A DNA stretch of 64,000 bases from Actinomycetes bacterium (GCA_023389045.1 JAEWEZ010000014.1:7772-71771); one strand, 5' to 3'; positions 28,990-38,270 are shown, counted from the first letter of the stretch. Notes: generated by a model not told the origin, from the letters alone. Program-made: numbers and translations.

Positions 28990-30291
28990 ATGAACCGTCG
29001 TCTCACCCGCCGCAGCGCCCTTGGCCTCGGCGCCCTCGGATCCCTCGCCCTGTTCACTGCCTGCTCCACCGGGGCAGGCAGCGGCTCCGGTGGCGGTAAG
29101 GGCGGCAAAGAAGGCGCCATGACCCTGTGGTACTGGCCCGAAGGCTTCGACGACAAGATCATCGAAGACGTCCGCAAAGCCTTCCCCGACCTCGGCTTCT
29201 CCCAGGCAATCCAGGGTGGCGAGTTCAAGCAGAAGCTGCAGACCACCCTGCAGGCCGGCTCCGGCCTGCCCGACCTGACCGGCATCAAGGGTGAAGACAT
29301 CGCCCACTTCGCCTCCGTGTCCGACTTCTTCGTGGACCTCAACACCCTCGGCGCGGAGAAGCACAAGGGCGAGTACGTGGACTGGAAGTGGGATCAGGCC
29401 ACCACCTCCGATGGCAAGCAGCTCGGTATCCCGATCGACATCGGCCCGACCGCTCTGTTCTACCGCTTCGACACCTTCGAGAAGCACGGCCTCCCCTCCG
29501 ACCCCGAAGAGGTCGGCAAGGCCCTGACCACCTGGGATGAGTACATCGAGTTCGGTAAGAAGCTGCAGGCAGCCGACCCCGAAATCTTCATGGTGCGTAA
29601 CCTCGCCAGCATCTTCGGCATCGCCCAGCGTCAGTCCGGCAAGTCCTTCATCGACGAGAAGAAGAACTTCATCGGTGATGGCGACCATGTGCGCGAAGCC
29701 TGGGACACCGTTCTGAAGATGAAGGCCGCCGGCATCAGCGCGGGCCTGCAGTCGCAGACCCCCGACGCCGCTGCCGCTGTGGCTGCCGGCAAGATGCCGG
29801 CCGATCCCGGTGCCTCCTGGCACCTGGCCGACCTCATGGCCGATGCCCCCGACACCGCCGGCAAGTGGCATGTGACCACCCACCCGGGTGCCGCCACCAA
29901 CCAGGGCGGTTCCTTCCTCGGGATTCCCGCGAAGACCCCGAACCCGGAGAAGGCTTTCGAGGTCATTCTGCTGATCCTCAACGCGGAGAACCAGGCCATC
30001 GAGTACGTGCACTCCGGGAACTTCCCCGCCAACCTCGCCGCCCAGAAGGACGAGCGGGTCACCGGTGCCGTCGAGTTCCTCGGTGGCCAGCACGCGGGTT
30101 CGGTGTTCGCCGAGGCCGCCACCAAGGTGCGCCCCATCTTCGAAGATCCGATGGACGGCACCGTCTCCGGCCCGTTCTACGCGGAGCTCGAACTGGTCGA
30201 GTCCTCCAATAAGGATCCCGAGCAGGCCTGGAAGGACGCCGTCGCGGAGGCCAAGCGCCTGGCCGAGCAGAACGGCATCACGGTGGCCTGA
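28990..30291 (+). CDS. Sugar ABC transporter substrate-binding lipoprotein
   Basis: TRRSAL Tat-like signal with lipobox Cys (FTAC), GIPIDIGPTALFYR, GGSFLGIP; GGAGGAG RBS. Confidence 0.93.
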   Translation: MNRRLTRRSALGLGALGSLALFTACSTGAGSGSGGGKGGKEGAMTLWYWPEGFDDKIIEDVRKAFPDLGFSQAIQGGEFKQKLQTTLQAGSGLPDLTGIKGEDIAHFASVSDFFVDLNTLGAEKHKGEYVDWKWDQATTSDGKQLGIPIDIGPTALFYRFDTFEKHGLPSDPEEVGKALTTWDEYIEFGKKLQAADPEIFMVRNLASIFGIAQRQSGKSFIDEKKNFIGDGDHVREAWDTVLKMKAAGISAGLQSQTPDAAAAVAAGKMPADPGASWHLADLMADAPDTAGKWHVTTHPGAATNQGGSFLGIPAKTPNPEKAFEVILLILNAENQAIEYVHSGNFPANLAAQKDERVTGAVEFLGGQHAGSVFAEAATKVRPIFEDPMDGTVSGPFYAELELVESSNKDPEQAWKDAVAEAKRLAEQNGITVA

Positions 30292-30293
30292 GC

Positions 30294-31283
30294 ATGTCGG
30301 CCATCGACCAGCAGCACGCCGCCGCTGCGCCCACCGCACGCTCTGCGGTGCGGCGCGGCGGTGGCCGCGTCCACGAGCCCGGCACCGTCGCCCTCCGTGG
30401 CGTGCGTGCCCTCCCGCTCTACGGCGCACTCGCCCCCTACTTCTTCCTATTCGCCGTCTTCAGCGCGATGCCGATCGTGTTCACGATGTTCCTGGCCTTC
30501 ACCAACTGGCGAGGCATCGGGGATATCGACGTGATCGGCCTGGAAAACTTCAGCTACCTGATCACGGACAAGCTGTTCTGGAAGTCCTTCGCGAACACCC
30601 TGATCCTGTGGGTGATGTCCACGATCCCGTGCCTCACCCTCGCCACCATCGTGGCGCTGATGCTGAACTCCACGGTGCGTTTCTCCACCACCTACCGCGT
30701 GGCCTACCTCGTCCCGAACATCACCTCGCTGGTGGCGATGGGTATCCTCTTCGGCTCGATCTTCTCCTCGAACTTCGGCATCGCCAATGCCCTGCTGAAC
30801 GTGGTCGGGCTGGACTCGGTGCGCTGGCTGCAAAGCGAATGGGGCATCAAGGTTGCGATTGCCTCGCTGACCACCTGGAGCTTCGTCGGCTACAACGCGC
30901 TGATCATCCTGGCGGGTCTGCAGTCGATCGACAAACAGGTCTATGAGGCCGCACAGATCGACGGTGCCGGCCCAGTGCGCACCTTCTTCTCGATCACCCT
31001 GCCGATGCTGCGACCGATCGTCCTGTTCATCACGATCATGTCTACGATCGGCTCCCTGCAGAGCTTCACCGAATCGCAGGTGCTGACCTCCTCGCAGGGC
31101 GGTAGCGCCGCCAATGCCGGCGGTGTGGGCAACTCCGGTCTGACCATGGTTCTGTACTTCTACTCGGTGGCCTTCCAGGAGAACCGTTACGGCTACGGCG
31201 CCACGATCGCCTGGGGCGTGATGATCTTCGTGATCCTCTTCTCGATCATCAACTGGGCACTGGTGAGGGAGCGCAAGTCATGA
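30294..31283 (+). CDS. Sugar ABC transporter permease
   Basis: LAGLQSID..VYEAAQIDGA EAA loop, ITLPMLRP. Confidence 0.95.
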   Translation: MSAIDQQHAAAAPTARSAVRRGGGRVHEPGTVALRGVRALPLYGALAPYFFLFAVFSAMPIVFTMFLAFTNWRGIGDIDVIGLENFSYLITDKLFWKSFANTLILWVMSTIPCLTLATIVALMLNSTVRFSTTYRVAYLVPNITSLVAMGILFGSIFSSNFGIANALLNVVGLDSVRWLQSEWGIKVAIASLTTWSFVGYNALIILAGLQSIDKQVYEAAQIDGAGPVRTFFSITLPMLRPIVLFITIMSTIGSLQSFTESQVLTSSQGGSAANAGGVGNSGLTMVLYFYSVAFQENRYGYGATIAWGVMIFVILFSIINWALVRERKS

Positions 31284-32206
31284 GTACTCACGCGATCACC
31301 CCCCGCGAGAACCCCGAGGCCACCACAGGCCGACACACGGGAACGCAGCCGAAGGCATCGACGGGCGAACGCCGACGCAAGCCGTGGCATCGTCGGATCC
31401 CCTCCGTGCTTCGCCACCTGCTCCTCATCATCGGTGCGCTGATCTCGGCTTTCCCGTTCTACTGGATGTTCATCCTGTCCACCCATCGATCCGCTGCGAT
31501 CTACGAGTTCCCGCCGCCGCTGCTGCCCGGCGACCGCTTCATGGAGAACTTCTCCACCGTGATGAACACGGTCAATGTGTTCGCCGCGATGGGGAACACC
31601 GTGTTCGTGGCCACCAGCGTCATGGTGCTGGTGCTGCTGATCGACTCGCTGGCCGCCTTCGCTTTTGCCAAGTACTCCTTCCCCGGCAAAAACGTGCTGT
31701 TCGTGGTGGTCATGGCCACCTTCATGCTCCCGGCGCAGCTCGCGACGATCCCGCAGTTCCTGCTGATGACCAAGATCGGCTGGGTGGGGCAGTTGCAGGC
31801 CGTGATCGTGCCGGGTCTGGCCGGGGCCTTCGGTATTTTCTGGCTGCGTCAGTACTTCCGTAATTCAGTGGCCACCGAGCTGCTGGAGGCGGCCACCCTG
31901 GACGGCTGCGGCTTCTTCCGCCAGTACTGGCATGTGGCGCTCCCCTCGGCGCGTCCGGCCCTGGCCTTCCTGGGCATCTTCACCTTCATTGGCTCGTGGA
32001 ACGACTTCATGTGGCCCTTGATCGTGCTGAACAACCCCGACCGCCTGACCCTCCAGGTGGTGCTCTCGCAGCTGCAAACTGCCCACGGCACCGACTACGG
32101 CATGCTCATGATGAGCGCGCTGATCGCGGTGGTGCCGCTGCTGATCGTCTTCGCGATCGGGGCGAAGCAGTTCATCGCGGGTATTACCGACGGTGCACTG
32201 AAGTGA
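31280..32206 (+). CDS. Sugar ABC transporter permease
   Basis: ELLEAATLDG, WNDFMWPL, FIAGITDGALK. Confidence 0.95.
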   Translation: MSTHAITPRENPEATTGRHTGTQPKASTGERRRKPWHRRIPSVLRHLLLIIGALISAFPFYWMFILSTHRSAAIYEFPPPLLPGDRFMENFSTVMNTVNVFAAMGNTVFVATSVMVLVLLIDSLAAFAFAKYSFPGKNVLFVVVMATFMLPAQLATIPQFLLMTKIGWVGQLQAVIVPGLAGAFGIFWLRQYFRNSVATELLEAATLDGCGFFRQYWHVALPSARPALAFLGIFTFIGSWNDFMWPLIVLNNPDRLTLQVVLSQLQTAHGTDYGMLMMSALIAVVPLLIVFAIGAKQFIAGITDGALK

Positions 32207-32543
32207 GCCGTCACCGGCGTTGAGCAGGGGCCGACGGGGCTGGGCTGCGGGTCAATCCCCCGCGGGTCAACCCCGCAGGCTGCGCTGTATTCCGAGCCGC
32301 TTCCGGCTGCTCCTTGAGTGCGGGGCCGACGGGGAGAATCCACGCGATCTCCCCGTCGGCCCTGATCGGTTCCCGACGCGTTTGCGGGCGTCATCACCGG
32401 TCGGTCTCTCATGCCGCCGACGTAACCCGGGCGTGGTCACCCCGTCGGCCCCACCAGCACCAACCCACGCCCCGCATACCCGCCGTACGATCGAAGGACG
32501 TTCGCAGCGATGCGGCCCGAGCCGCGGGAAGGACACCCACGCC

Positions 32544-35081
32544 ATGACCCCCTCCCCTCACACTCCGAACAGCCCCGACGCGCCTCAGAGCCCTGGCGCC
32601 CCAGATGGCTCCACCGCGCCATCGAACCCCACCGAACACAGCCCCGCACACGACCCCGCCCTGCTCACCGGCGAGCGCTACCGCATCACCCCCATCACCC
32701 CGCGTCTGGTGCGCCTGGAGTGGTCCCCGAACGGCACCTTTGAGGATCGCCCCTCCGTCTTTGCCACGAACCGCGAACTACACGATCACACCGCCCACGC
32801 AAGCCGCACCCCGAACGGCACCATCCGCCTCGAAACCGCCCACTACCTGCTCGAATACGATGGCGCACCCTTCAGCGCGAACGGGCTGAGCCTCAGCGTG
32901 AAAGGCGGCGTCTCCAACTACCACTCAGTGTGGCGGTACGGGCAAGACCTGTCCCTCCCCGCGCATCGGCGTGCCCGCGCCACCGGCGCCCCGCACCGCC
33001 CGCTCGACGGGAACCTGGGCGGCGCCACCCGCACCCTCGATGAAGCCGATGGCCCGGTGGACCTCGACCCGGGCGTGAACAGCGTCGTCGGCTATGCCGT
33101 GATCGACGATTCGGGTTCGATGGTGCTCACCGCCAATGGGCACCTGCAGGCTCGTCGCACTGAGGCCGATGCCCTTGACCTGTATGTTTTCGCGGCCGGG
33201 CACGACCACATCGCGGCCGTGCAGGACCTCTTCGCACTCTCTGGCCCGCAGCCGCTGCTGCCGCGCTTCGCCCTCGGCACCTGGTGGTCACGCTACCACC
33301 GCTACAGCGCCGAGGAGTACCTCGCGCTGATGGACCGTTTCGCGAGCGAAGGGGTGCCGCTCTCCGTGGCGGTACTCGATATGGACTGGCATCTGACCGA
33401 GGTCGATCCGCAGTTCGGCTCCGGCTGGACCGGCTACACGTGGAACCGCGAGCTGTTCCCTGACCCGGCCGGATTCCAGCGGGAACTGCATAATCGCGGC
33501 CTTGCCGTGACCCTCAACGTGCATCCGGCCGATGGGGTGCGGGCCTTCGAGGAGGCCTACCCTGCGGTGATGGAGGCGATGGGCCGCCCCGCCGATGGCA
33601 CCCCCGCCGCCTTCGACGTCACCGACCCCGACTTTATGCAGGCCTACCTGCAGGTTCTACACCGAGGGCTGGAAGAGCAAGGCACCGATTTTTGGTGGAT
33701 CGACTGGCAGTCCGGCCCGTATTCAGCGCAGCCCGGGAGGGATCCGCTGTGGGTGCTGAACCATGAGCACAGCGAGGATATGCGCCGCCGCGGCGAGCGC
33801 CCCCTGATCCTCTCGCGGTATGCCGGACCCGGCTCGCACCGCTACCCCGTCGGATTCTCCGGCGATACCCACATCACCTGGGACTCCCTCGCCTTCCAGC
33901 CGCGGATGACGGCCGCCGCCGCGAACATCGGCTACGGCTGGTGGAGCCACGACATCGGCGGACATATGGGCGGCGTCTGGGATCCCGAACTGGCCACCCG
34001 CTGGGTGCAGTTCGGCGTGTTCTCCCCGATCCTGCGCCTGCACTCCTCGAACTCGCGTTTCGCCGGGAAGGAACCGTGGCGTTTCCCGGAGCCGGCGCGG
34101 TCGGTTATGGTGCGTTTCCTGCGGCTGCGGCACCGTCTGCTCCCCTACCTGCACGCCATGAACCGTCGCGCGCATAAAGACGCCCGCTGCCTCGTCGAAC
34201 CCACCTACTTCACCGACCCGCACCCCACCGCCTACCAGTACCTCGACCAGTACATGTTCGGCTCGGAGCTGCTGGTCGCGCCGATCGTCGCTCCCGCCGA
34301 TCCGGTCACCGGCCGCGGTGCCGTCTGCGTGCGTCTCCCGGCGGGACGCTGGGTGGATGTGGCGACCGGCATCGCCTACCGGGGCGACCAGGTACTCCAG
34401 ATGCATCGCGGCATCGACTCCATCCCGGTGCTCCTGCGCGAGGGCGGTTTCCTTCCTCTCGTGGCCGACGGGGCCCCGCTCGATGCGCGCGAGGCTCAGC
34501 CGCCGCTCGAGCTGTGCGTGGCCGGTGGTGCCTCCGGCACCTTCACCCTGGAGGAAGAGGTCGAGGACGGTCACTGGATCGCCACCCGCTTTGCCCTCGA
34601 CGCCGAGGGCGGGGCACTCCGGATCGACCTTCCCGCCGGGCGCGGAGAACAGCGTGACCGCTGGGAGGTGACGCTCCTCGGCTTCGGTTCTGAAGCCGCT
34701 GAGCAGCTCACCTGCTCGGGGGCGCGGATCCTGCAGGTGGTGCAGGAGGCGGGGCACACGCGGGTGAGTCTCCGGGCCGACGGGCCCGCGGCTGACCCGA
34801 CCGTTGCCGCGTCGATCGTGCTGCAGGGCTCGGGGCTCGCCTCCACCGGTCCGGGGGATGTGCGCGGGCAGATCCAGGAGCTTCTGGAGCACTCCCGCAT
34901 CGGATACACCCTGAAGGATCAGCTGCACGATCTGCTCGAGCGTGAGGGTGTGGCGGCGCTCGCCTCCCTCTCCGCATTGGGCACGACGCCCGACCTGCAG
35001 TTCCCGCAAAAGGGTGAGCACCTTCGGCCGTCGTCGGTGCTCATCGCGGCTCTGACGGAGTTGCTGCTCGCGGGGCACTGA
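32544..35081 (+). CDS. GH31 glycosidase (WWIDWQ type, GH31_u1-like)
   Basis: WWSRY, LDMDWH, WTGYTWN, FWWIDWQ nucleophile motif, SHRYPVGFSGDT, WSHDIGGH, LRLH. Confidence 0.92.
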   Translation: MTPSPHTPNSPDAPQSPGAPDGSTAPSNPTEHSPAHDPALLTGERYRITPITPRLVRLEWSPNGTFEDRPSVFATNRELHDHTAHASRTPNGTIRLETAHYLLEYDGAPFSANGLSLSVKGGVSNYHSVWRYGQDLSLPAHRRARATGAPHRPLDGNLGGATRTLDEADGPVDLDPGVNSVVGYAVIDDSGSMVLTANGHLQARRTEADALDLYVFAAGHDHIAAVQDLFALSGPQPLLPRFALGTWWSRYHRYSAEEYLALMDRFASEGVPLSVAVLDMDWHLTEVDPQFGSGWTGYTWNRELFPDPAGFQRELHNRGLAVTLNVHPADGVRAFEEAYPAVMEAMGRPADGTPAAFDVTDPDFMQAYLQVLHRGLEEQGTDFWWIDWQSGPYSAQPGRDPLWVLNHEHSEDMRRRGERPLILSRYAGPGSHRYPVGFSGDTHITWDSLAFQPRMTAAAANIGYGWWSHDIGGHMGGVWDPELATRWVQFGVFSPILRLHSSNSRFAGKEPWRFPEPARSVMVRFLRLRHRLLPYLHAMNRRAHKDARCLVEPTYFTDPHPTAYQYLDQYMFGSELLVAPIVAPADPVTGRGAVCVRLPAGRWVDVATGIAYRGDQVLQMHRGIDSIPVLLREGGFLPLVADGAPLDAREAQPPLELCVAGGASGTFTLEEEVEDGHWIATRFALDAEGGALRIDLPAGRGEQRDRWEVTLLGFGSEAAEQLTCSGARILQVVQEAGHTRVSLRADGPAADPTVAASIVLQGSGLASTGPGDVRGQIQELLEHSRIGYTLKDQLHDLLEREGVAALASLSALGTTPDLQFPQKGEHLRPSSVLIAALTELLLAGH

Positions 35082-35201
35082 GCGTGGTCGAGCCATCGTG
35101 CCCTGCGACATGGGGATGGGCAGGGCGTCAGTGGGTGCGATGTGCCGGGCTGGGCTGGTTCCAAGGGTGAGCGGAATTCACGGCCACCCGTGTACAGCGG
35201 T

Positions 35202-35765
35202 TTACCGCGCGGCCTCCACGAGTTCCTTCGGTGTGACCCCGCGCAAGGCGTCCGCCGGATACACGTGACGCTTCCCATCGACCGTGACCACGAGCTGCGG
35301 CGGTTTCATCCCTTTGCGGTGCCGCACCTTCACCGCGTCCCAGGTATGGAGGGTATGAGGGCTGCCGGTGGTGCCCGTAACCCCCGCGATCTGCGCCTGC
35401 GAGGAGCCGCCGCTCATGGGCGGTGCGACAAGCCCGGACAGCCCAGTCGGGCCGATTGAGAAGACCGGCGCGTCGGGACCGGAGGGCAGGTCGTGCCAGG
35501 ACTGTGCACGGCGGCGCATTCGCCGCGGCAACCACAGCCCGAGCAGCCACACCTGCACCACCAGGACCACCAGTAAAAGGACGAGCCCATACGGCTCATC
35601 CCGCAGAAGAATGCCGTAGACCCCCAGCTCCACGATGGCGAGGAAACCCAGCACCTGAATGATGGTGGCCTGGGAGCGAGCCTCCTCCACCGCCTCACGC
35701 AGGGCACGCGCATCCAGGGTCACGGGCGTGTCCCCGGAGGCTGCTGCGGATGGTCGGCTGCTCAT
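35202..35765 (-). CDS. Hypothetical membrane protein (two TM segments)
   Basis: Hydrophobic hairpin; TACCCT-N6-ATG start. Confidence 0.65.
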   Translation of the reverse strand: MSSRPSAAASGDTPVTLDARALREAVEEARSQATIIQVLGFLAIVELGVYGILLRDEPYGLVLLLVVLVVQVWLLGLWLPRRMRRRAQSWHDLPSGPDAPVFSIGPTGLSGLVAPPMSGGSSQAQIAGVTGTTGSPHTLHTWDAVKVRHRKGMKPPQLVVTVDGKRHVYPADALRGVTPKELVEAAR

Positions 35766-35871
35766 GGTGGCAGGGTATGCGGCCGAGGAGAATGCTCGCG
35801 CCCGACGATGGTCGATGCGCCGATGACGAGAGTGCACAGCCGAGGAGAGTGCACGGCGGTAGGCTCGGAGT

Positions 35872-36420
35872 ATGAGTGATCAGATGACCTATCTGCTGGT
35901 CGATGGCGAGAACATCGACGCCACCCTGGGCGGTTCGGTGCTTGGTCGCCGCCCGCACCCCGAGGAGCGGCCCCGCTGGGGCAAGCTGCTGGAGCATGTG
36001 GGGACTGCCTGGTCTCAGCCGGTGTCTGGCCTGTTCTTCCTGGCCGTGGAGGATTCGCTGCCGGTGAGCTTCGTGCAGGCGCTGACGGCCCTGGGCTACC
36101 GTCCGATCCCGCTGCGCGGCGAGGGCAAGGTGGTGGACATCGCCATCCAGCGCACCGCCGAGGCCTTGTGTGAACGCGATGCCGACGTGCTGCTGGCCAG
36201 CCACGATGCTGATTTCGCCCCGCAGATGCGGGCGCTCACGCAAACGCCGGGGCGGCGTGTGGGCCTGGTTGGTTTCCGCGAGTTCTTCGGTGGGGAGCTG
36301 CGGACTGTACCCGGGGTTGAGGTGTTCGACCTCGAATACGACGTGGAAGCCTTCACGAGCCCGCTTCCGCGCATCCGCATCATCGACATCGACGAGTTCA
36401 ACCCGCTCGACTTCCTCTGA
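35872..36420 (+). CDS. NYN (PIN-like) domain protein
   Basis: LLVDGENID, KVVDIAI, LASHDADF; TAGGCT-N6-ATG leaderless start. Confidence 0.9.
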   Translation: MSDQMTYLLVDGENIDATLGGSVLGRRPHPEERPRWGKLLEHVGTAWSQPVSGLFFLAVEDSLPVSFVQALTALGYRPIPLRGEGKVVDIAIQRTAEALCERDADVLLASHDADFAPQMRALTQTPGRRVGLVGFREFFGGELRTVPGVEVFDLEYDVEAFTSPLPRIRIIDIDEFNPLDFL

Positions 36421-36430
36421 TCTATGCGTG

Positions 36431-36465
36431 CGCGGGCCCGCAGTCGCCTCGGCTACGGGCCCGCG
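36431..36465 (+). terminator. GC-rich hairpin after the NYN gene
   Basis: CGCGGGCCCG...CGGGCCCGCG inverted repeat starting about 10 bp after the stop. Confidence 0.55.
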
Positions 36466-36468
36466 TGA

Positions 36469-36536
36469 TGAAAGGGGACGCAGGTGGTCGTTGCTGTGCA
36501 TAGTGCACGCGACCGACCGCTGGCGTCCCCTTTTTT
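36469..36536 (+). repeat. Divergent singleton of the 67-bp REP-like family, copy D
   Basis: AAAGGGGAC...GGTCG..GCTGTGCA-TAG-TGCAC...CGACC...GTCCCCTTTT, with the same architecture and length. Confidence 0.75.
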
Positions 36537-36684
36537 CTCGGATGCCCGAAGGACGGCAAACAAAGCCGCAGGTTTCAGCCCGCTCAACCCCAGGCCTGCC
36601 CGGCCAAGTCCCCAACCGACACAGCAGAACCGATGAGGCCACCCCCTCAGACCATCGCGATGGCCACCCCACCCCGGATATGCG

Positions 36685-36717
36685 AAAAGCCCCTCCGGTC
36701 TGCTGACCAGAGGGGCT
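36685..36717 (-). terminator. Intrinsic terminator downstream of tRNA-Leu
   Basis: AGCCCCTCTGGTC-AGCA-GACCGGAGGGGCT stem followed by TTTT on the minus strand. Confidence 0.8.
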
Positions 36718-36727
36718 CTGCTATGCG

Positions 36728-36811
36728 TGCGCGAGGGGGGAGTTGAACCCCCACGCCCTTTCGGGCACACGGACCTGAACCGTGCGCGTCTGCCTATTCC
36801 GCCACTCGCGC
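36728..36811 (-). tRNA. tRNA-Leu(CAG), CCA not encoded
   Basis: GCGCGAGTGGCGGAATAGGCAGACGCGCACGGTTCAGGTCCGTGTGCCCGAAAGGGCGTGGGGGTTCAACTCCCCCCTCGCGCA; cloverleaf with long variable arm and CAG anticodon. Confidence 0.97.
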
Positions 36812-37021
36812 GCAACCTCCGCCACCGGGGCTCATACGTCCGCCGATATCGAAGGCTTGTACAGCCTACCGCCTCCCTACCGTCACACCCAAACCGAATC
36901 CATGCGAGCTACAGCACACCCTGCTGCTGTGCTTGCTTCACATCGCCTCTGCTCCTGCATGTCTGCTCCCGCATGTCTGCTCCTGCTAGGGCGAAAAATT
37001 TGCCTGCGGTGAGGGTGGTGG

Positions 37022-37127
37022 GGCCGGGAATGCGTGGAAACTACTCTTTCGTACAAAGGTGGTTCTGACCCAGGCCGGGAATGCGTCGAAGCTTCTCTTT
37101 CGTACAGCGGTGGTCCTCACCCAGGCC
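37022..37127. repeat. Two-copy 51-bp degenerate tandem repeat
   Basis: GGCCGGGAATGCGT..AA.CT.CTCTTTCGTACA..GGTGGT.CT.ACCCA at 37022 and 37073. Confidence 0.8.
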
Positions 37128-37461
37128 ACGGATCACCACATGCGCCGAAGCATCGCTTACCGGTGCAGTTTGCATGTGGACCTACTGGGCGTCCGTATTC
37201 ACCACCACCCCTCACTTACCCGTAGCTACACGGAGTTCACCCTCGGGCCCCCAAGTGCTCACCTATAGCCCTTAACCTGGAGTCGGCTTCGGCTACCGGT
37301 CCTCGACGAGATCGGCAGCTGGCCCCACCTGGTCCGGCCTCGCCGGGTTCAACCTCACCTGGTCCGGTCTTGGCTAGTTCGACCTGCTTTGGTCATCCCC
37401 GGTTCTCGTCTCATGCAGGCAGTGTGTGTTTTGCGAACGCGGATAAGACCACGAAGCGTGC

Positions 37462-38125
37462 GAGCTGTCGAATCTGAATGAGGTGCAGTTTGCTTTCACC
37501 GATGCCTCGGCATCGCGGGAAGAGGCTTCCCTGTGGTCGGGGGAGATCGTGAACTACACCGAGTGGGTGCATCTTGCGGTGGTGGGTGATCCTTCCACGG
37601 GTATCGCCACCCTGTATGTGGATGGGGTGCCCATGCTGCGCAACGCCGGTGGCGTGTCGGGCCTCGCGCATGATGCGGGTCTGCCGTGGCTCATGGGCGC
37701 GGGTACCTATGGTGGCGTGCGTGATTCCGGTTTCGTGGGCTGTATCGGGGAGACCCGGGTGGTGGATCGTGCGATTGGTCCGGAGGAGTGGCTGACCGCG
37801 CGCGCCCCCCCAGGATGCGCCTGAGAACCCCGAGCAGCCGGCACCTGAGCAGCCGGAGCAGCCGGAGAAACCGGAAAATCCGGGTGCTCCGGAAAAGCCT
37901 GAGCAGCCCAAGGATCCGAAGGATCCCGGTCAGCCCGGTTCCCCCGGGAGTGGTTCTGATGCGGGTACCCCTGGAGAGAAGGGGCCCGACGGGGCAGCAT
38001 CTGATGATCCTCTGGCACGGACCGGCACGATGGCTCTTCCCGTGGGCCTGGCTGCCGCTGCGCTGGTCGTGAGCGGAGCGGTCATGCTTGTGCTGCGCCG
38101 CCGTCGCACCGTGCACCGCGGCTAG
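37462..38125 (+). pseudogene. 5'-truncated, frameshifted remnant of a LamG-domain sortase-anchored (LARTG) surface protein
   Basis: WVHLAVV..ATLYVDG..GCIGETRV LamG-like segment; shifting +1 at the C7 run (37805-37811) continues into a PEQP linker, LARTG, TM, RRRR and TAG at 38123-38125; no signal peptide or N-terminus. Confidence 0.8.
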
Positions 38126-38195
38126 TGCCGGCCCGGAGCCCCAGCTGCCGCAGCGGCTGGGGCTCCGGCACACAGCACGCGACCCCCGCAGCAAC

Positions 38196-38232
38196 ACGCG
38201 ACCCCCGCACCGTGACGGTGCGGGGGTCGCGT
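38196..38232. terminator. 17-bp perfect stem-loop downstream of rplI (between convergent units)
   Basis: ACGCGACCCCCGCACCG-TGA-CGGTGCGGGGGTCGCGT. Confidence 0.75.
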
Positions 38233-38270
38233 ATCAGGTGGCGATCCGAGGATCACCGGAGGTCTTCGCC

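Noticed and set aside
35872..36420. NYN protein beside a tRNA as a defence or toxin system
   Set aside because: It is a stand-alone housekeeping-type NYN gene with no partner gene or island signature visible.
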